Assembly: GCA_947504275.1 (NCBI GenBank)
Contig: CANNHA010000001.1
Location: 12,586-76,585 of the forward strand
Source of the DNA: Flavobacteriales bacterium
GTDB lineage: Bacteria; Bacteroidota; Bacteroidia; Flavobacteriales_D; Sanyastnellaceae
DNA: 64,000 nt
Direction: 5' to 3'
Shown: piece by piece, positions 36,958 to 46,277 of the stretch
Position numbering within the stretch: position 1 is the stretch's first letter
Layout of the letters: each line of letters begins with the position of its first letter
Notes under the pieces: generated by a model
Databases searched by the model: none
Told to the model about the DNA's origin: nothing
Seen by the model: the letters and a program-made list of their open reading frames with translations, nothing else
Position numbers and translations under genes: made by a program

Positions 36958-37611
36958 CTACTTTTTATTCATGATTCTATAGGATCCAATCATCAGTGAA
37001 ACGCCGTATATCGTGATGCTTAAGGGCAGGATGATCCAATAAAAAAGCGCATTGTCATTGGGGAATTGAATCATCATGGGATAGAGTATATAGTACAATG
37101 TGCATGCACTGAGATAGAATACTAGTCCAATGATGACAAAGTAATCAGGGTCTTGGAACAAAGACGGATAGGTGATGTTTTGAAAGCGCTCCCTGCCCCA
37201 AGCAAACACTCCAAAAAGTGTAAGGATCAATTCCAAAAGACATACCCAACCAAAGTGGTAGTAGTTGGCTTCAACGCTGGTTGTCGTAAACAACAAAATG
37301 GTGATGATGCTGAATACCAGGTATACCAGCCATCTCCAAAATTGACTCGTGTAGGGAGCAAAAAATAAAGTGATTCCCAAGGTTTCGAGCAATGTGAATA
37401 TGTAGTACCAATACAGTGAAATGTACTCTGGTAAATAACTGCTGGCGAACTCGTACACTCCACCTAAGAATGCAGTGATGGCAAGAAACACCCAACGCAT
37501 GGGTGGCTGTTTCTTAGAAAGAAAATAAAAACTAATCAGAATGAGCATTGGCAAAACTTCACTCCAGCACATTAATTGATCAAGGATATCATACAAGTCA
37601 GCCATGATCAA
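36958..37611 (-). CDS. polytopic (about 6 TM) membrane protein, possible detached sensor module of the kinase
   Basis: 217 aa, hydrophobic throughout. Its stop TAG is 1 nt from the kinase ATG. Confidence 0.6.
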   Translation of the reverse strand: MIMADLYDILDQLMCWSEVLPMLILISFYFLSKKQPPMRWVFLAITAFLGGVYEFASSYLPEYISLYWYYIFTLLETLGITLFFAPYTSQFWRWLVYLVFSIITILLFTTTSVEANYYHFGWVCLLELILTLFGVFAWGRERFQNITYPSLFQDPDYFVIIGLVFYLSACTLYYILYPMMIQFPNDNALFYWIILPLSITIYGVSLMIGSYRIMNKK

Positions 37612-37663
37612 ATTTAATTTTTTTTAGGAATAGGTGCTGTGTATTTTTGCGCAGAGCCAATGG

Positions 37664-38944
37664 CTATTCAAACGTTACCGATGCTTTCAACTTCTTGCCA
37701 TCTCTAATGAAAACTACTTCCGTTTTATCTCCAGGATTGAAATTGCCTAGTGCATTCATGTAGGCGTAAATATCTTTGATTTCGAATTTTCCAAGTTGTA
37801 CAATAATATCACCAGATTTTAATCCTGCCTTGGCTCCGGGTCGGCCTTCTTTGGTGCCGTCCAATTTTAGACCATCACCTGAGTACAAGTAATCCGGCAT
37901 AACTCCCAGAGTAACTTTAAAATTGCTGGCAGTACTTTCCTTGGATTCATCTTTTGTTGCGGTAAAAGTCAATTTACTTTGTTGACTGCACTGAATAACC
38001 AAAAGCGAAATGAATTGGGAAACATCCTTTAAACCATTGGTGTTGATGAGATCTACTATATCAGTTGGTTTATGGTATTCACCGTGTTGTCCGGTAAAGA
38101 AGTGAATGGCAGGTATGCCAATGTTGTAGAAAGATGTTTGATCGCTGGGGCCAATTCCACTGGTTGAAAGCACCAACTCAAATTTGTTATTTTTCAGTTT
38201 TTTGTTTTGACTCTTAATGGCCTTGGTCCAGAAAGGTGATGTACCTACACCATTTATGGCCAATGAGCGCTCAGGCTTTAAACGCCCCACCATATCCATG
38301 TTGAACATGGCAATCATTTGCTCCTTAGCAATGGTTGGGTTTTTACAGAAGTAGTTGCTACCATAAAGGCCTTTTTCTTCTCCGCTAAATGCAATGAAAA
38401 GAAAGTTGGCTTCTCCTAACGCATCTTTCGGTTGTTGCTTGATGAATGAGGCAATCCAGAGCATTGATGCCACACCGCTGGCGTTGTCATCTGCACCTCG
38501 GTGGATCCCTTTTTCGCCGCTCCAAAGAGAATTTTCATCTCCCCATCCCAAGTGATCATAATGAGCACCTATGACAATCGTTTTATCATATCCGCGATTC
38601 CAGAATCCAATCACATTTCGTCCAGTTTGTTCTTTGACATATCCTGTTCCCAAAGTGGTTTCTCCTTCCTTTGTCATCTTATGTGGTGATGCTTTGGGAG
38701 TGAATTGAAAATACTGCATATAACCCACGGATCCTTTTGGTGATAGGCCAATGGCTTGCATTCTTTTCTCAATGAACTTGGATGCCTTGATTTCCCCTTC
38801 TGTTCCTACCAATCGACCTTCCAGAGAATCTGAAGTTAATACAGTGATGTCTGATAGTAACTGTTTGTCTAATGACTCTTGCGAAGTTTGCGCCCATCCG
38901 CTTATGGAGAGGGTTAAGCTGAGGATCAGGAAGAAATTTTTCAT
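37664..38944 (-). CDS. M28-family metallopeptidase with C-terminal PDZ domain
   Basis: M28 ligand motifs HYDHLG, DDNASG, GEEKGLYGS and YHKPTD. C-terminal PDZ-like GLKSGDIIVQLG. Confidence 0.8.
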   Translation of the reverse strand: MKNFFLILSLTLSISGWAQTSQESLDKQLLSDITVLTSDSLEGRLVGTEGEIKASKFIEKRMQAIGLSPKGSVGYMQYFQFTPKASPHKMTKEGETTLGTGYVKEQTGRNVIGFWNRGYDKTIVIGAHYDHLGWGDENSLWSGEKGIHRGADDNASGVASMLWIASFIKQQPKDALGEANFLFIAFSGEEKGLYGSNYFCKNPTIAKEQMIAMFNMDMVGRLKPERSLAINGVGTSPFWTKAIKSQNKKLKNNKFELVLSTSGIGPSDQTSFYNIGIPAIHFFTGQHGEYHKPTDIVDLINTNGLKDVSQFISLLVIQCSQQSKLTFTATKDESKESTASNFKVTLGVMPDYLYSGDGLKLDGTKEGRPGAKAGLKSGDIIVQLGKFEIKDIYAYMNALGNFNPGDKTEVVFIRDGKKLKASVTFE

Positions 38945-38965
38945 GGAGCAAAAGTAATGGTTTAA

Positions 38966-38997
38966 AACAAAAAAGGGCAGTGAAAAAACTGCCCTTT
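38966..38997 (-). terminator. intrinsic terminator of the repeat-protein gene
   Basis: aagggcagt (38973-38981) pairs with actgccctt (38988-38996). On the minus strand it is followed by ttttttgtttt. Confidence 0.65.
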
Positions 38998-39004
38998 ATC
39001 TGTT

Positions 39005-41440
39005 TTATTGTTTAATCATTTTTCTTATGTCATGATTGTTAATCAGTGTATAAATGCCCACGGGCCATTCAGCAGTAGAGATTCGATCGCCATTGAACTG
39101 CTCGTTTTGATAAATACATTTTCCAATGCTATCATAGATTTTGATGGAGCCTTTGATGGAACCGCTCAATTGAATAAAATCTGTGAATGGGTTGGGATAG
39201 AGGTTCAAAGTGTGGATTGTTTCACTCACTCCCACATTGCAAGGACTGCACTCACTGAAGCAAATAGCTGTAAATGTCTGGCTGCTGGTGCCTACAGTGA
39301 TTTCTCTATTAAATCCGCCTAACCCATTGTCAATACCGCATTCAGCAGGAACAATTTCAGATCCACTCCAATCATTGCCGTTGATGAATTTATACTGAAA
39401 AGTTTGGTTGGGATTGGTAGTAAATGAATAAGACCATATTCCATTGCCCAAATCAGTCATTGCAGTTGTGCTAGCATCCCAGCCCTGGAATGACCCTGCA
39501 ATGTGAATTCCATTGGTATTTACTGTTATGTTGGAAGCATCCATTTGGAAGGTGATGGTCACGTCATCACTTGTTCCGATGCAATTTCCGCAACTGGAAA
39601 AACAAATAGCCTCCATGATCATATTGGCAGTTCCAACAGCAACAAATCGCTGCAGTTCACCATTGTCTAGTGAGCCGCAAGTGTTGGGCACTGTTTCAAA
39701 TCCAGCCAGAGTATTTCCATTGATGAAACGATAAAACAGATCGCTGTTGGCGGGGACGTTTATGGAACCTTCCCAAATTCCACCGCCTAAATCGTTCATA
39801 GCATGTGCTGTTGGATTGTAGTTGTCTAGTTGAGTAGTGAAATAAACGCCATTGGCATCAACAACTGCATCACTCATATCCACTCGAACAACAATTACCG
39901 CTGTTGGCTGACAAGCCTCACATTGTCCAAAACAAACTGGTCCAATATTGTTGTTTCCTGATACAACATTGTGAGAACGGTTGTAATTGCCAGTTCCATC
40001 ATTGAATGCGCAGGTAAATGCTACCTCTTCAGCGCCGGTCCAATCATTTCCATTGATGAACTTGTATTGGATGGTTGTGCCTGTTGGTATTTCCGTTGTG
40101 TAAGTGAATTGTCCATTGCCCATTGCCGTCATTGGGGTTGCAGCTGCATCCCAGTTTTGAAAACTCCCAGCGATATGAACACCATTGGGACTGATGGTTT
40201 GATTGGAAAGATCAACGGTAAAGGTTACGTTGGAGGATTCAATGGCAACGCATGCGGCACACTCTGAAAAACAAATCATGGGTGTGGTAATGGCAGTAGC
40301 ACCTATGCTAATCGTCCTATTGATATTGCCAAATCCATCATCTATCCCGCAATCTGTTGGTACTATTTCAACGCCTGCCCAATCATTGCCATTAAGGAAT
40401 TTGTATTGTACCTCTTCGCCAGGAAAAACAAACGCAACGGCTTGGTATTGTCCGGGTTGAAACTCGGACATTTGGGTAGCTGTTGCATCCCAGCCATTGA
40501 AGCTGCCCGCAACGAAAACGCCAGACGGATCAACCGATTGGTTATTCATGTCAACCTGAAAAATGACCATGGTAGGTATGGCAGGTGTGCCCATACAGGC
40601 GCAGTCGTTTTGTACCAAATCGTTGGCAGTGCTGTTGTCTCCGTCGTCACATGAACCACCAATGACTAAACAGCTTCCGTCGTCGGATGTGGCTTCTGCA
40701 TTGAAGTTGCATGCATTGGCATCTGTGCATCCTGGTGTTGAACAATTTTCACATGCTGAAAAACAAACTGTAGCAGGATTGTTATTTGAGACAACATGGC
40801 TGCGGTTGTATCCTCCAAATCCATCACCAACTCCACAAGCTGCTGGCAAGCTCTCAGAACCGCTCCATGCGTTTCCGTTAATGAATTTGTAATTTACGGT
40901 TTCACCTTCTGCAATATTCACAGTAATTTCAAAAATGCCGTCTGCGTTACTATCTGTAAGGGCTGTTGATGCAGGGTTCCATCCTTGAAAACTTCCTGCA
41001 ACATGAACGCCGTTGGGATCAACGGTGACGTTATTCATATTCACCTGAAAAGTGGTGGCAATCATGATTACAACAACACAATTGGAGCAACTGTTAAGGC
41101 ATACAGTGTTGAGAACGGTATCTGTATTCCCTACTGTTAGGTTTCGGTTTGAAAAACCGCCAATTCCGCATGCTGCAGGAACTTGTTCCCAGGTATTTCC
41201 GTTGATGAATTTGTATTCAATGTTTGTACCTGCAGCAATATCTGTGGTGAAGGTATATACAAGATCACCATCCAAATCTTGCATCGGACTTGCTGTTGCA
41301 TTCCATCCTTGGAATGAACCAGCTACAAAAACTCCATTGGGTGAAATGGTTTGTTGGGCCATATTGACTTGGAAAGTGACATTCACCGCCATTGTTATTT
41401 GCGCAATAACAACAAATAAGAGAAGCAATATTTTTTTCAT
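39005..41440 (-). CDS. T9SS-secreted protein with six tandem ~110-aa CBM20/48-like beta-sandwich repeats and a Cys-rich linker
   Basis: Six repeats of the pattern FQVNM..PNGVHVAGSFQGW...YKFINGN.W...P..CG...NR...CF..C..C. The C-terminal LNLYPNPF... is a T9SS CTD. Start set at MKKILLLLF (cat 41438-41440). Confidence 0.8.
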   Translation of the reverse strand: MKKILLLLFVVIAQITMAVNVTFQVNMAQQTISPNGVFVAGSFQGWNATASPMQDLDGDLVYTFTTDIAAGTNIEYKFINGNTWEQVPAACGIGGFSNRNLTVGNTDTVLNTVCLNSCSNCVVVIMIATTFQVNMNNVTVDPNGVHVAGSFQGWNPASTALTDSNADGIFEITVNIAEGETVNYKFINGNAWSGSESLPAACGVGDGFGGYNRSHVVSNNNPATVCFSACENCSTPGCTDANACNFNAEATSDDGSCLVIGGSCDDGDNSTANDLVQNDCACMGTPAIPTMVIFQVDMNNQSVDPSGVFVAGSFNGWDATATQMSEFQPGQYQAVAFVFPGEEVQYKFLNGNDWAGVEIVPTDCGIDDGFGNINRTISIGATAITTPMICFSECAACVAIESSNVTFTVDLSNQTISPNGVHIAGSFQNWDAAATPMTAMGNGQFTYTTEIPTGTTIQYKFINGNDWTGAEEVAFTCAFNDGTGNYNRSHNVVSGNNNIGPVCFGQCEACQPTAVIVVRVDMSDAVVDANGVYFTTQLDNYNPTAHAMNDLGGGIWEGSINVPANSDLFYRFINGNTLAGFETVPNTCGSLDNGELQRFVAVGTANMIMEAICFSSCGNCIGTSDDVTITFQMDASNITVNTNGIHIAGSFQGWDASTTAMTDLGNGIWSYSFTTNPNQTFQYKFINGNDWSGSEIVPAECGIDNGLGGFNREITVGTSSQTFTAICFSECSPCNVGVSETIHTLNLYPNPFTDFIQLSGSIKGSIKIYDSIGKCIYQNEQFNGDRISTAEWPVGIYTLINNHDIRKMIKQ

Positions 41441-41559
41441 AAATTCATTTTTGAATAAAACAAATATAACCAAAGTGTACTTTATACACGTCACAAAGAT
41501 GTGATTGAAAAAAAACACAAAAATCACGTGACATCTCATTAATGGTGCATTTTTGTTCC

Positions 41560-42306
41560 ATGAGATTCATTTTTATTGTTTTCATATGTTTCCTTTCAGA
41601 ATGGAGTATGGCCCAAGAGTCTGTTATTAGAGTCAAAGGGAAAGTGTTGGAGGAACGGGGTCAACCAGTACCCAATTCGATTGTTCTTAATACCCGGACC
41701 AAGAAGGGAGCTTTTGGCGCTCCTGATGGAAGCTTTGTAATTGAATGCCGAAAAACAGATACATTGACCATTACCTGTTTAGGATATTATTCAAGGCAAT
41801 TGTGTTATAAGGATTCCACATCAAAATTGGTTTATTATCCAAGGATATTCCTGAATGAACGCACCTACAGTTATTCTACATTGAACATTTTTGCTCCGAG
41901 GGATCTCGAGGATATCCAAAAGGATATTCAATCTTTGGGATACAATGAGGATGATTATATGCTCTCCGGAATCAATGCGGTGTCGAGTCCAATAACCTTT
42001 TTGTATCAACAGTTGAGTCGTAAAGAAGAGAGCAAACGCATTGTTGCCAAATTGGAGAATGATGATCGCCGGAGGGATTTGCTCAAGGAGCTCTTCACTA
42101 TTTATGTGGATTACAAAATCATCGAATTGAGCACAGAAGATTTTGATGATTTTATCTCTTATTTGAACGTCTCAGATGAGTTCCTGAAATCAAGTTCCCA
42201 ATATGAGTTCTTGGTTTTTGTCAAAGATCGATTCCAAGATTATCAGATAGCACGAAGAAATACACGTCCCTTGAAAGAAGGTGATTTTGATTATGATAAG
42301 GATTAA
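41560..42306 (+). CDS. CarboxypepD_reg-like domain protein, function unknown
   Basis: Signal peptide MRFIFIVFICFLSEWSMAQ, then IRVKGKVLEERGQPVPNSIVLN...APDGSFVI, typical of the regulatory-like beta-sandwich. Confidence 0.6.
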   Translation: MRFIFIVFICFLSEWSMAQESVIRVKGKVLEERGQPVPNSIVLNTRTKKGAFGAPDGSFVIECRKTDTLTITCLGYYSRQLCYKDSTSKLVYYPRIFLNERTYSYSTLNIFAPRDLEDIQKDIQSLGYNEDDYMLSGINAVSSPITFLYQQLSRKEESKRIVAKLENDDRRRDLLKELFTIYVDYKIIELSTEDFDDFISYLNVSDEFLKSSSQYEFLVFVKDRFQDYQIARRNTRPLKEGDFDYDKD

Positions 42307-42336
42307 AAAAAGGCTATCCGCAGGATAGCCTTTTTC
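42305..42336. terminator. bidirectional intrinsic terminator between convergent genes
   Basis: aggctatcc (42311-42319), loop gca, ggatagcct (42323-42331). An A-tract lies 5' and a T-tract 3'. Confidence 0.8.
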
Positions 42337-42354
42337 AAATGAGAGGAATATTAT

Positions 42355-45219
42355 TTACTTGATTTTGTTGATCTGGTTATCACCTGACTCGCTGGCTTTT
42401 TGAATCAACTGATCTCCCTTTGCGTTGGCATCCTTCACCAATTGATCTGCTTTTTTATCCGCCTCAGCTATTGATTTGGTGTGTGCTTTGTCAGCGCTTT
42501 TTCTCATTTCTTCTGCAAGCTTTTTATTGGCTGCTTTCTCAACAAAGTTGCCCCCTTTGTTGGCCAATTTATCAGCTTCAGCATAAGCCTGTGCCTTTGC
42601 TTTTTCAGCAGCTGTTCGGGCTTCGGATTTTATCTTTTCCGCTTGCTTTGTAGCCTCGTGAACCAATTTTTCTTTTTCGGCCTTGGCTTTTTCTAAGGCA
42701 TCATTCTTTAACTCAGTTACTTGTTTTACAGCCTCTTCTTTGACCAATTGCACTGCTTGCTCTTTTAGATCTTGAACAGCTTCTTCACCCAAAGCTTTGC
42801 TGGTTACTTTTACATCTGGATTGGTTACATCCCCTGTGATTCGAGCAATCAAATTGATTTTATTTCCAGGTTTCAATTGAGTGCCTAACTTTTGATTGAT
42901 TTGACCAATAAAGCTATTGGCCTGATTGGCTATACCTGAAGGGAATTTGTCAAAAGGAACATCCGTCTCTAATGTGTAATCAACTTTTTGATCCAAGGTT
43001 GCTTGACCTTCCATTTTTACCGGAATGTCATCCACCTTCACCGTGAATGGTTGTACTTTAATGATACCCTGTTGAATGGTGAAGTTAACGTTCACATCTT
43101 TGATGTGGATGGGTTGTTTCCATTTGTCCAGACCGGTTTTTTCAGCCAATTTAATCATGGGTATATATCCTGTAAGCACAACATCATTGGTCTTTAGATT
43201 CCCCTTGGCATCAACACTGGCATTGATGGGCATCATTTGTTGATCCAAAAGTGTTTTTAAATCCAAGTTCATGGAAACTTTACCTGCACAGTTTTTGGCC
43301 GCTTGTGACCACTTCTCAAGTGTCACAAAAGTGGTAGTTGTGGTTTTGATGTCAACCTCTTTCATGTCGATGTTCATGTTCATCGATGGTTGAACACCCT
43401 CGTTTCCATCATATTCTCCGTTCAAGGTTAAAGATCCTCCAAGTCCATTCAATCCCAAATTGTTCATGAGGGCCTTTCCATCATACAATCTAACTTGTCC
43501 ACCAACATTGGTGAAGTCCGTTTTGTCGTAAATTAATTTTTGGATTTTGGCATTCAGCGTGAAATCCACGTTGTTAGGAAGTACAACTACTGAAGATGCC
43601 GTATCGACTGGTGTTTCTTTTGTTTCCGCTGTTGCTTCCGTTGTTGTTTCAACTGTTTCAGTGCTTCCCATGAAATCATTCAGGTTGATTTCAGGACTTT
43701 CAAAATTCAATGTTCCAACGAGCTTTTCATTTTTGATAGCATATTCTAAGTAATGGGTTAAACTTCCGTTCATCTTCATTTTACTCTTGCCAACATTGAT
43801 TGCAAGATTGCTAAGATTGGCTTGCTCAGGCGTAAAGTTCAAGGCCATGTCTTCAACAAAAATGTCATAAGGCAATGAATCGCTGACATAGTCAAAGTTT
43901 TTAATATTGAGTTTTCCTTCAGCTTGAAGTCCCTTAAAGTCGCCTGTAGATGCACCATTCACATTTCCTTTGAACAGCATATCTGCATCAATAATCCCCA
44001 TAATCTTCTCTTCTTTTCCAATGGGAATAACATCTTTCAGTGTCGAAAGATCGATGTTTAATTTCCCTTTGAAATCAATGAATGGATTGCTTTCAGGTGT
44101 TTTCAGGTGCAATACCATATCGATGGGGTTGGAGGCTATTTTTAATTGACATTTGTTCAAGTCAATGGTGGTGTTGTCTTCATTGTTCATGTCTGCAAAG
44201 ACATTGAGGTCCACTTGTACATCATCTACACTTTTAGGTAAATCAGGATACTTGAATCTTCCATTTTCAATGTTGACTTTTAGACCAATATTCGGCATGC
44301 TCTTGTCATTGTAGGTTCCTTTGACAAATCCGTTCAATCCTATTTTACCGGTGGCATCTACTCCTTCTAAATCCTTTGCAAATTCCATCGGAACCATGGA
44401 CAATAGATTTTTGAAATCAGTTTTTGTAGCGCCAAATTGGATGTCCATGTCAATGTCTTCCTCTGGCATCGAAACCCAACCATTGGCTTGTAAGTACAAT
44501 TGATTTAACCTTACCTCGTTGTCTTTGAATTCAAATCGCATTTTACCCAAATCCATTGCCAAATCCGCCTTGATTTCAGTATTGGCTTCATTGGCATATG
44601 TTACTCCATCAAACCAGAAAGTTCCTTTGTCAGCGGTGGTCAATGTGCTCATGGTAAATACATCATCAGCAAAGTCGCCATTTCCCTCGAAATTCAGATT
44701 TTTAAAATCCATGACCATGGCTAAGCTCTTATCATCATAACGAATGTTACCTTCTTCAATCGCATATTTTTTTAAGGATAACTTCAGTGGTTTGGACGGT
44801 TCCTCTGGTTCTGGCTTAGCAGAATCTGGAATGGCAATGTCATAGTTGGCTTTTCCATCGGCCAAGACACGAACATCCAAATTGGGCTTTTCCAATAAAA
44901 TTTGACGAATTTCAATTTCATCAGTGAACAAACTTTTGATGTTAATGACAACAGAAAGTGATTTTATGTCTGCCATATTTACACCATCGAAGGGCGCTTT
45001 GTTCACTACCTTCAAGTCTTCTATGCTTACGCGTAGGTTGGGGAAATTGCGCAGCAAGCTTAAGTCCACATCACTGAAGCTTAGCGTGGCATTTAGATTT
45101 TCATTGGCCTTTTTCTGAATGGTTTCATAGATCTTGCCTTCAAAGGCAAAAGGAATGATGGCCAATAGAAGGATTAGGCTTCCAATTGTAATTCCAGTAA
45201 TTTTTAGTACTTTTTTCAT
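42355..45219 (-). CDS. AsmA-family protein with Lys/Ala/Glu-rich C-terminal extension
   Basis: N-terminal TM anchor plus a long beta-rich AsmA-like body. The last ~147 aa are low-complexity amphipathic helix. Confidence 0.75.
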   Translation of the reverse strand: MKKVLKITGITIGSLILLLAIIPFAFEGKIYETIQKKANENLNATLSFSDVDLSLLRNFPNLRVSIEDLKVVNKAPFDGVNMADIKSLSVVINIKSLFTDEIEIRQILLEKPNLDVRVLADGKANYDIAIPDSAKPEPEEPSKPLKLSLKKYAIEEGNIRYDDKSLAMVMDFKNLNFEGNGDFADDVFTMSTLTTADKGTFWFDGVTYANEANTEIKADLAMDLGKMRFEFKDNEVRLNQLYLQANGWVSMPEEDIDMDIQFGATKTDFKNLLSMVPMEFAKDLEGVDATGKIGLNGFVKGTYNDKSMPNIGLKVNIENGRFKYPDLPKSVDDVQVDLNVFADMNNEDNTTIDLNKCQLKIASNPIDMVLHLKTPESNPFIDFKGKLNIDLSTLKDVIPIGKEEKIMGIIDADMLFKGNVNGASTGDFKGLQAEGKLNIKNFDYVSDSLPYDIFVEDMALNFTPEQANLSNLAINVGKSKMKMNGSLTHYLEYAIKNEKLVGTLNFESPEINLNDFMGSTETVETTTEATAETKETPVDTASSVVVLPNNVDFTLNAKIQKLIYDKTDFTNVGGQVRLYDGKALMNNLGLNGLGGSLTLNGEYDGNEGVQPSMNMNIDMKEVDIKTTTTTFVTLEKWSQAAKNCAGKVSMNLDLKTLLDQQMMPINASVDAKGNLKTNDVVLTGYIPMIKLAEKTGLDKWKQPIHIKDVNVNFTIQQGIIKVQPFTVKVDDIPVKMEGQATLDQKVDYTLETDVPFDKFPSGIANQANSFIGQINQKLGTQLKPGNKINLIARITGDVTNPDVKVTSKALGEEAVQDLKEQAVQLVKEEAVKQVTELKNDALEKAKAEKEKLVHEATKQAEKIKSEARTAAEKAKAQAYAEADKLANKGGNFVEKAANKKLAEEMRKSADKAHTKSIAEADKKADQLVKDANAKGDQLIQKASESGDNQINKIK

Positions 45220-46274
45220 AATAATTCTATTTTGGATTCTAAGTAACTATTGAGCAATGTAAAGTGGGCGATGGCCTCGATGATAGGGACAGCTCGAATG
45301 ACTACACAGGGATCGTGTCTTCCCTCCAATGCCATCGATACGGTTTCGTTGTTTTTATTGATTGTTTCTTGTCTCTGACCAATTGAGCTTGTGGGTTTAA
45401 ATGCCACCTTGAACCAAATGTCTTTCCCATTGGATATCCCGGCAGTTATACCACCCTCATGATTGGTTCCGCCAAGCACGGCATCATTGTTTTGGCTGCC
45501 CCACTTTAGTGTGCTGGAAAATCCGTCGCCCATTTCAAATCCCTTTACGGCATTGAGTGAAAAAATCCCATGTGCCAATTGCGCATTTAATTTTTCATAA
45601 ATCGGAGAGCCCCATCCAACAGGAACATTTTCAATGACACAAGTAATGATTCCACCCAAACTGTCCTGATTTTCTTTTGCCTGTTGTATCAATTGAATCA
45701 TCCTTTCAGATGTTGTCTCATCAGGACAACGAACGGGACTTTGGTCTATTTTGGTTAGGTCTAAGAATCCATAATTTTTGGGCACACAACAATCTTTGAT
45801 ACTACTGACGTAAGCTCTTGCCTGGATAGATTTTGAAGCCATAAGCTGCCTTGCCATTTCACCGGCTAAGACTCTGCAAGCGGTCTCTCTTGCTGAAGAT
45901 CTTCCCCCTCCGCGGTGGTCCCGATGACCGTATTTTACATCGTAAACATAATCTGCATGACCAGGACGATAGGTGTCTTTGATTTGATCGTAGTCTCTTG
46001 ATTTTTGATCGTTGTTTTTTATAACAAATCCTATTGGGGCGCCAGTGGTTTTTCCTTCAAAAATACCGGATAGAAATTCAACTTCATCCGCCTCATTTCT
46101 GGGTGTTACCCAATCGTTCTGGTTGGGTCGTCTTCTATTGAGTTGGAACTGTATGGCAGCAGTATCTATGCTGAAATTGCTTGGGCAACCATCAATGACT
46201 CCACCAATGGCTGATCCATGCGATTCACCAAAAGTGGTTAATCTAAAATGCTTTCCCCAAGTATTGCTTGCCAT
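45216..46274 (-). CDS. aroC: chorismate synthase
   Basis: FRLTTFGESHG, GGGRSSARETA and RHDPCVV motifs. Confidence 0.9.
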   Translation of the reverse strand: MASNTWGKHFRLTTFGESHGSAIGGVIDGCPSNFSIDTAAIQFQLNRRRPNQNDWVTPRNEADEVEFLSGIFEGKTTGAPIGFVIKNNDQKSRDYDQIKDTYRPGHADYVYDVKYGHRDHRGGGRSSARETACRVLAGEMARQLMASKSIQARAYVSSIKDCCVPKNYGFLDLTKIDQSPVRCPDETTSERMIQLIQQAKENQDSLGGIITCVIENVPVGWGSPIYEKLNAQLAHGIFSLNAVKGFEMGDGFSSTLKWGSQNNDAVLGGTNHEGGITAGISNGKDIWFKVAFKPTSSIGQRQETINKNNETVSMALEGRHDPCVVIRAVPIIEAIAHFTLLNSYLESKIELL

Positions 46275-46277
46275 GGA

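Noticed and set aside
39008-41504. Numerous 60-150-aa plus-strand ORFs (for example 41052..41504 and 40563..40892) opposite the repeat-protein gene.
   Set aside because: They are generated by the biased, repetitive composition of the six-repeat gene. None has a start context or motif, and together they tile the antisense strand of one continuous 811-codon gene.
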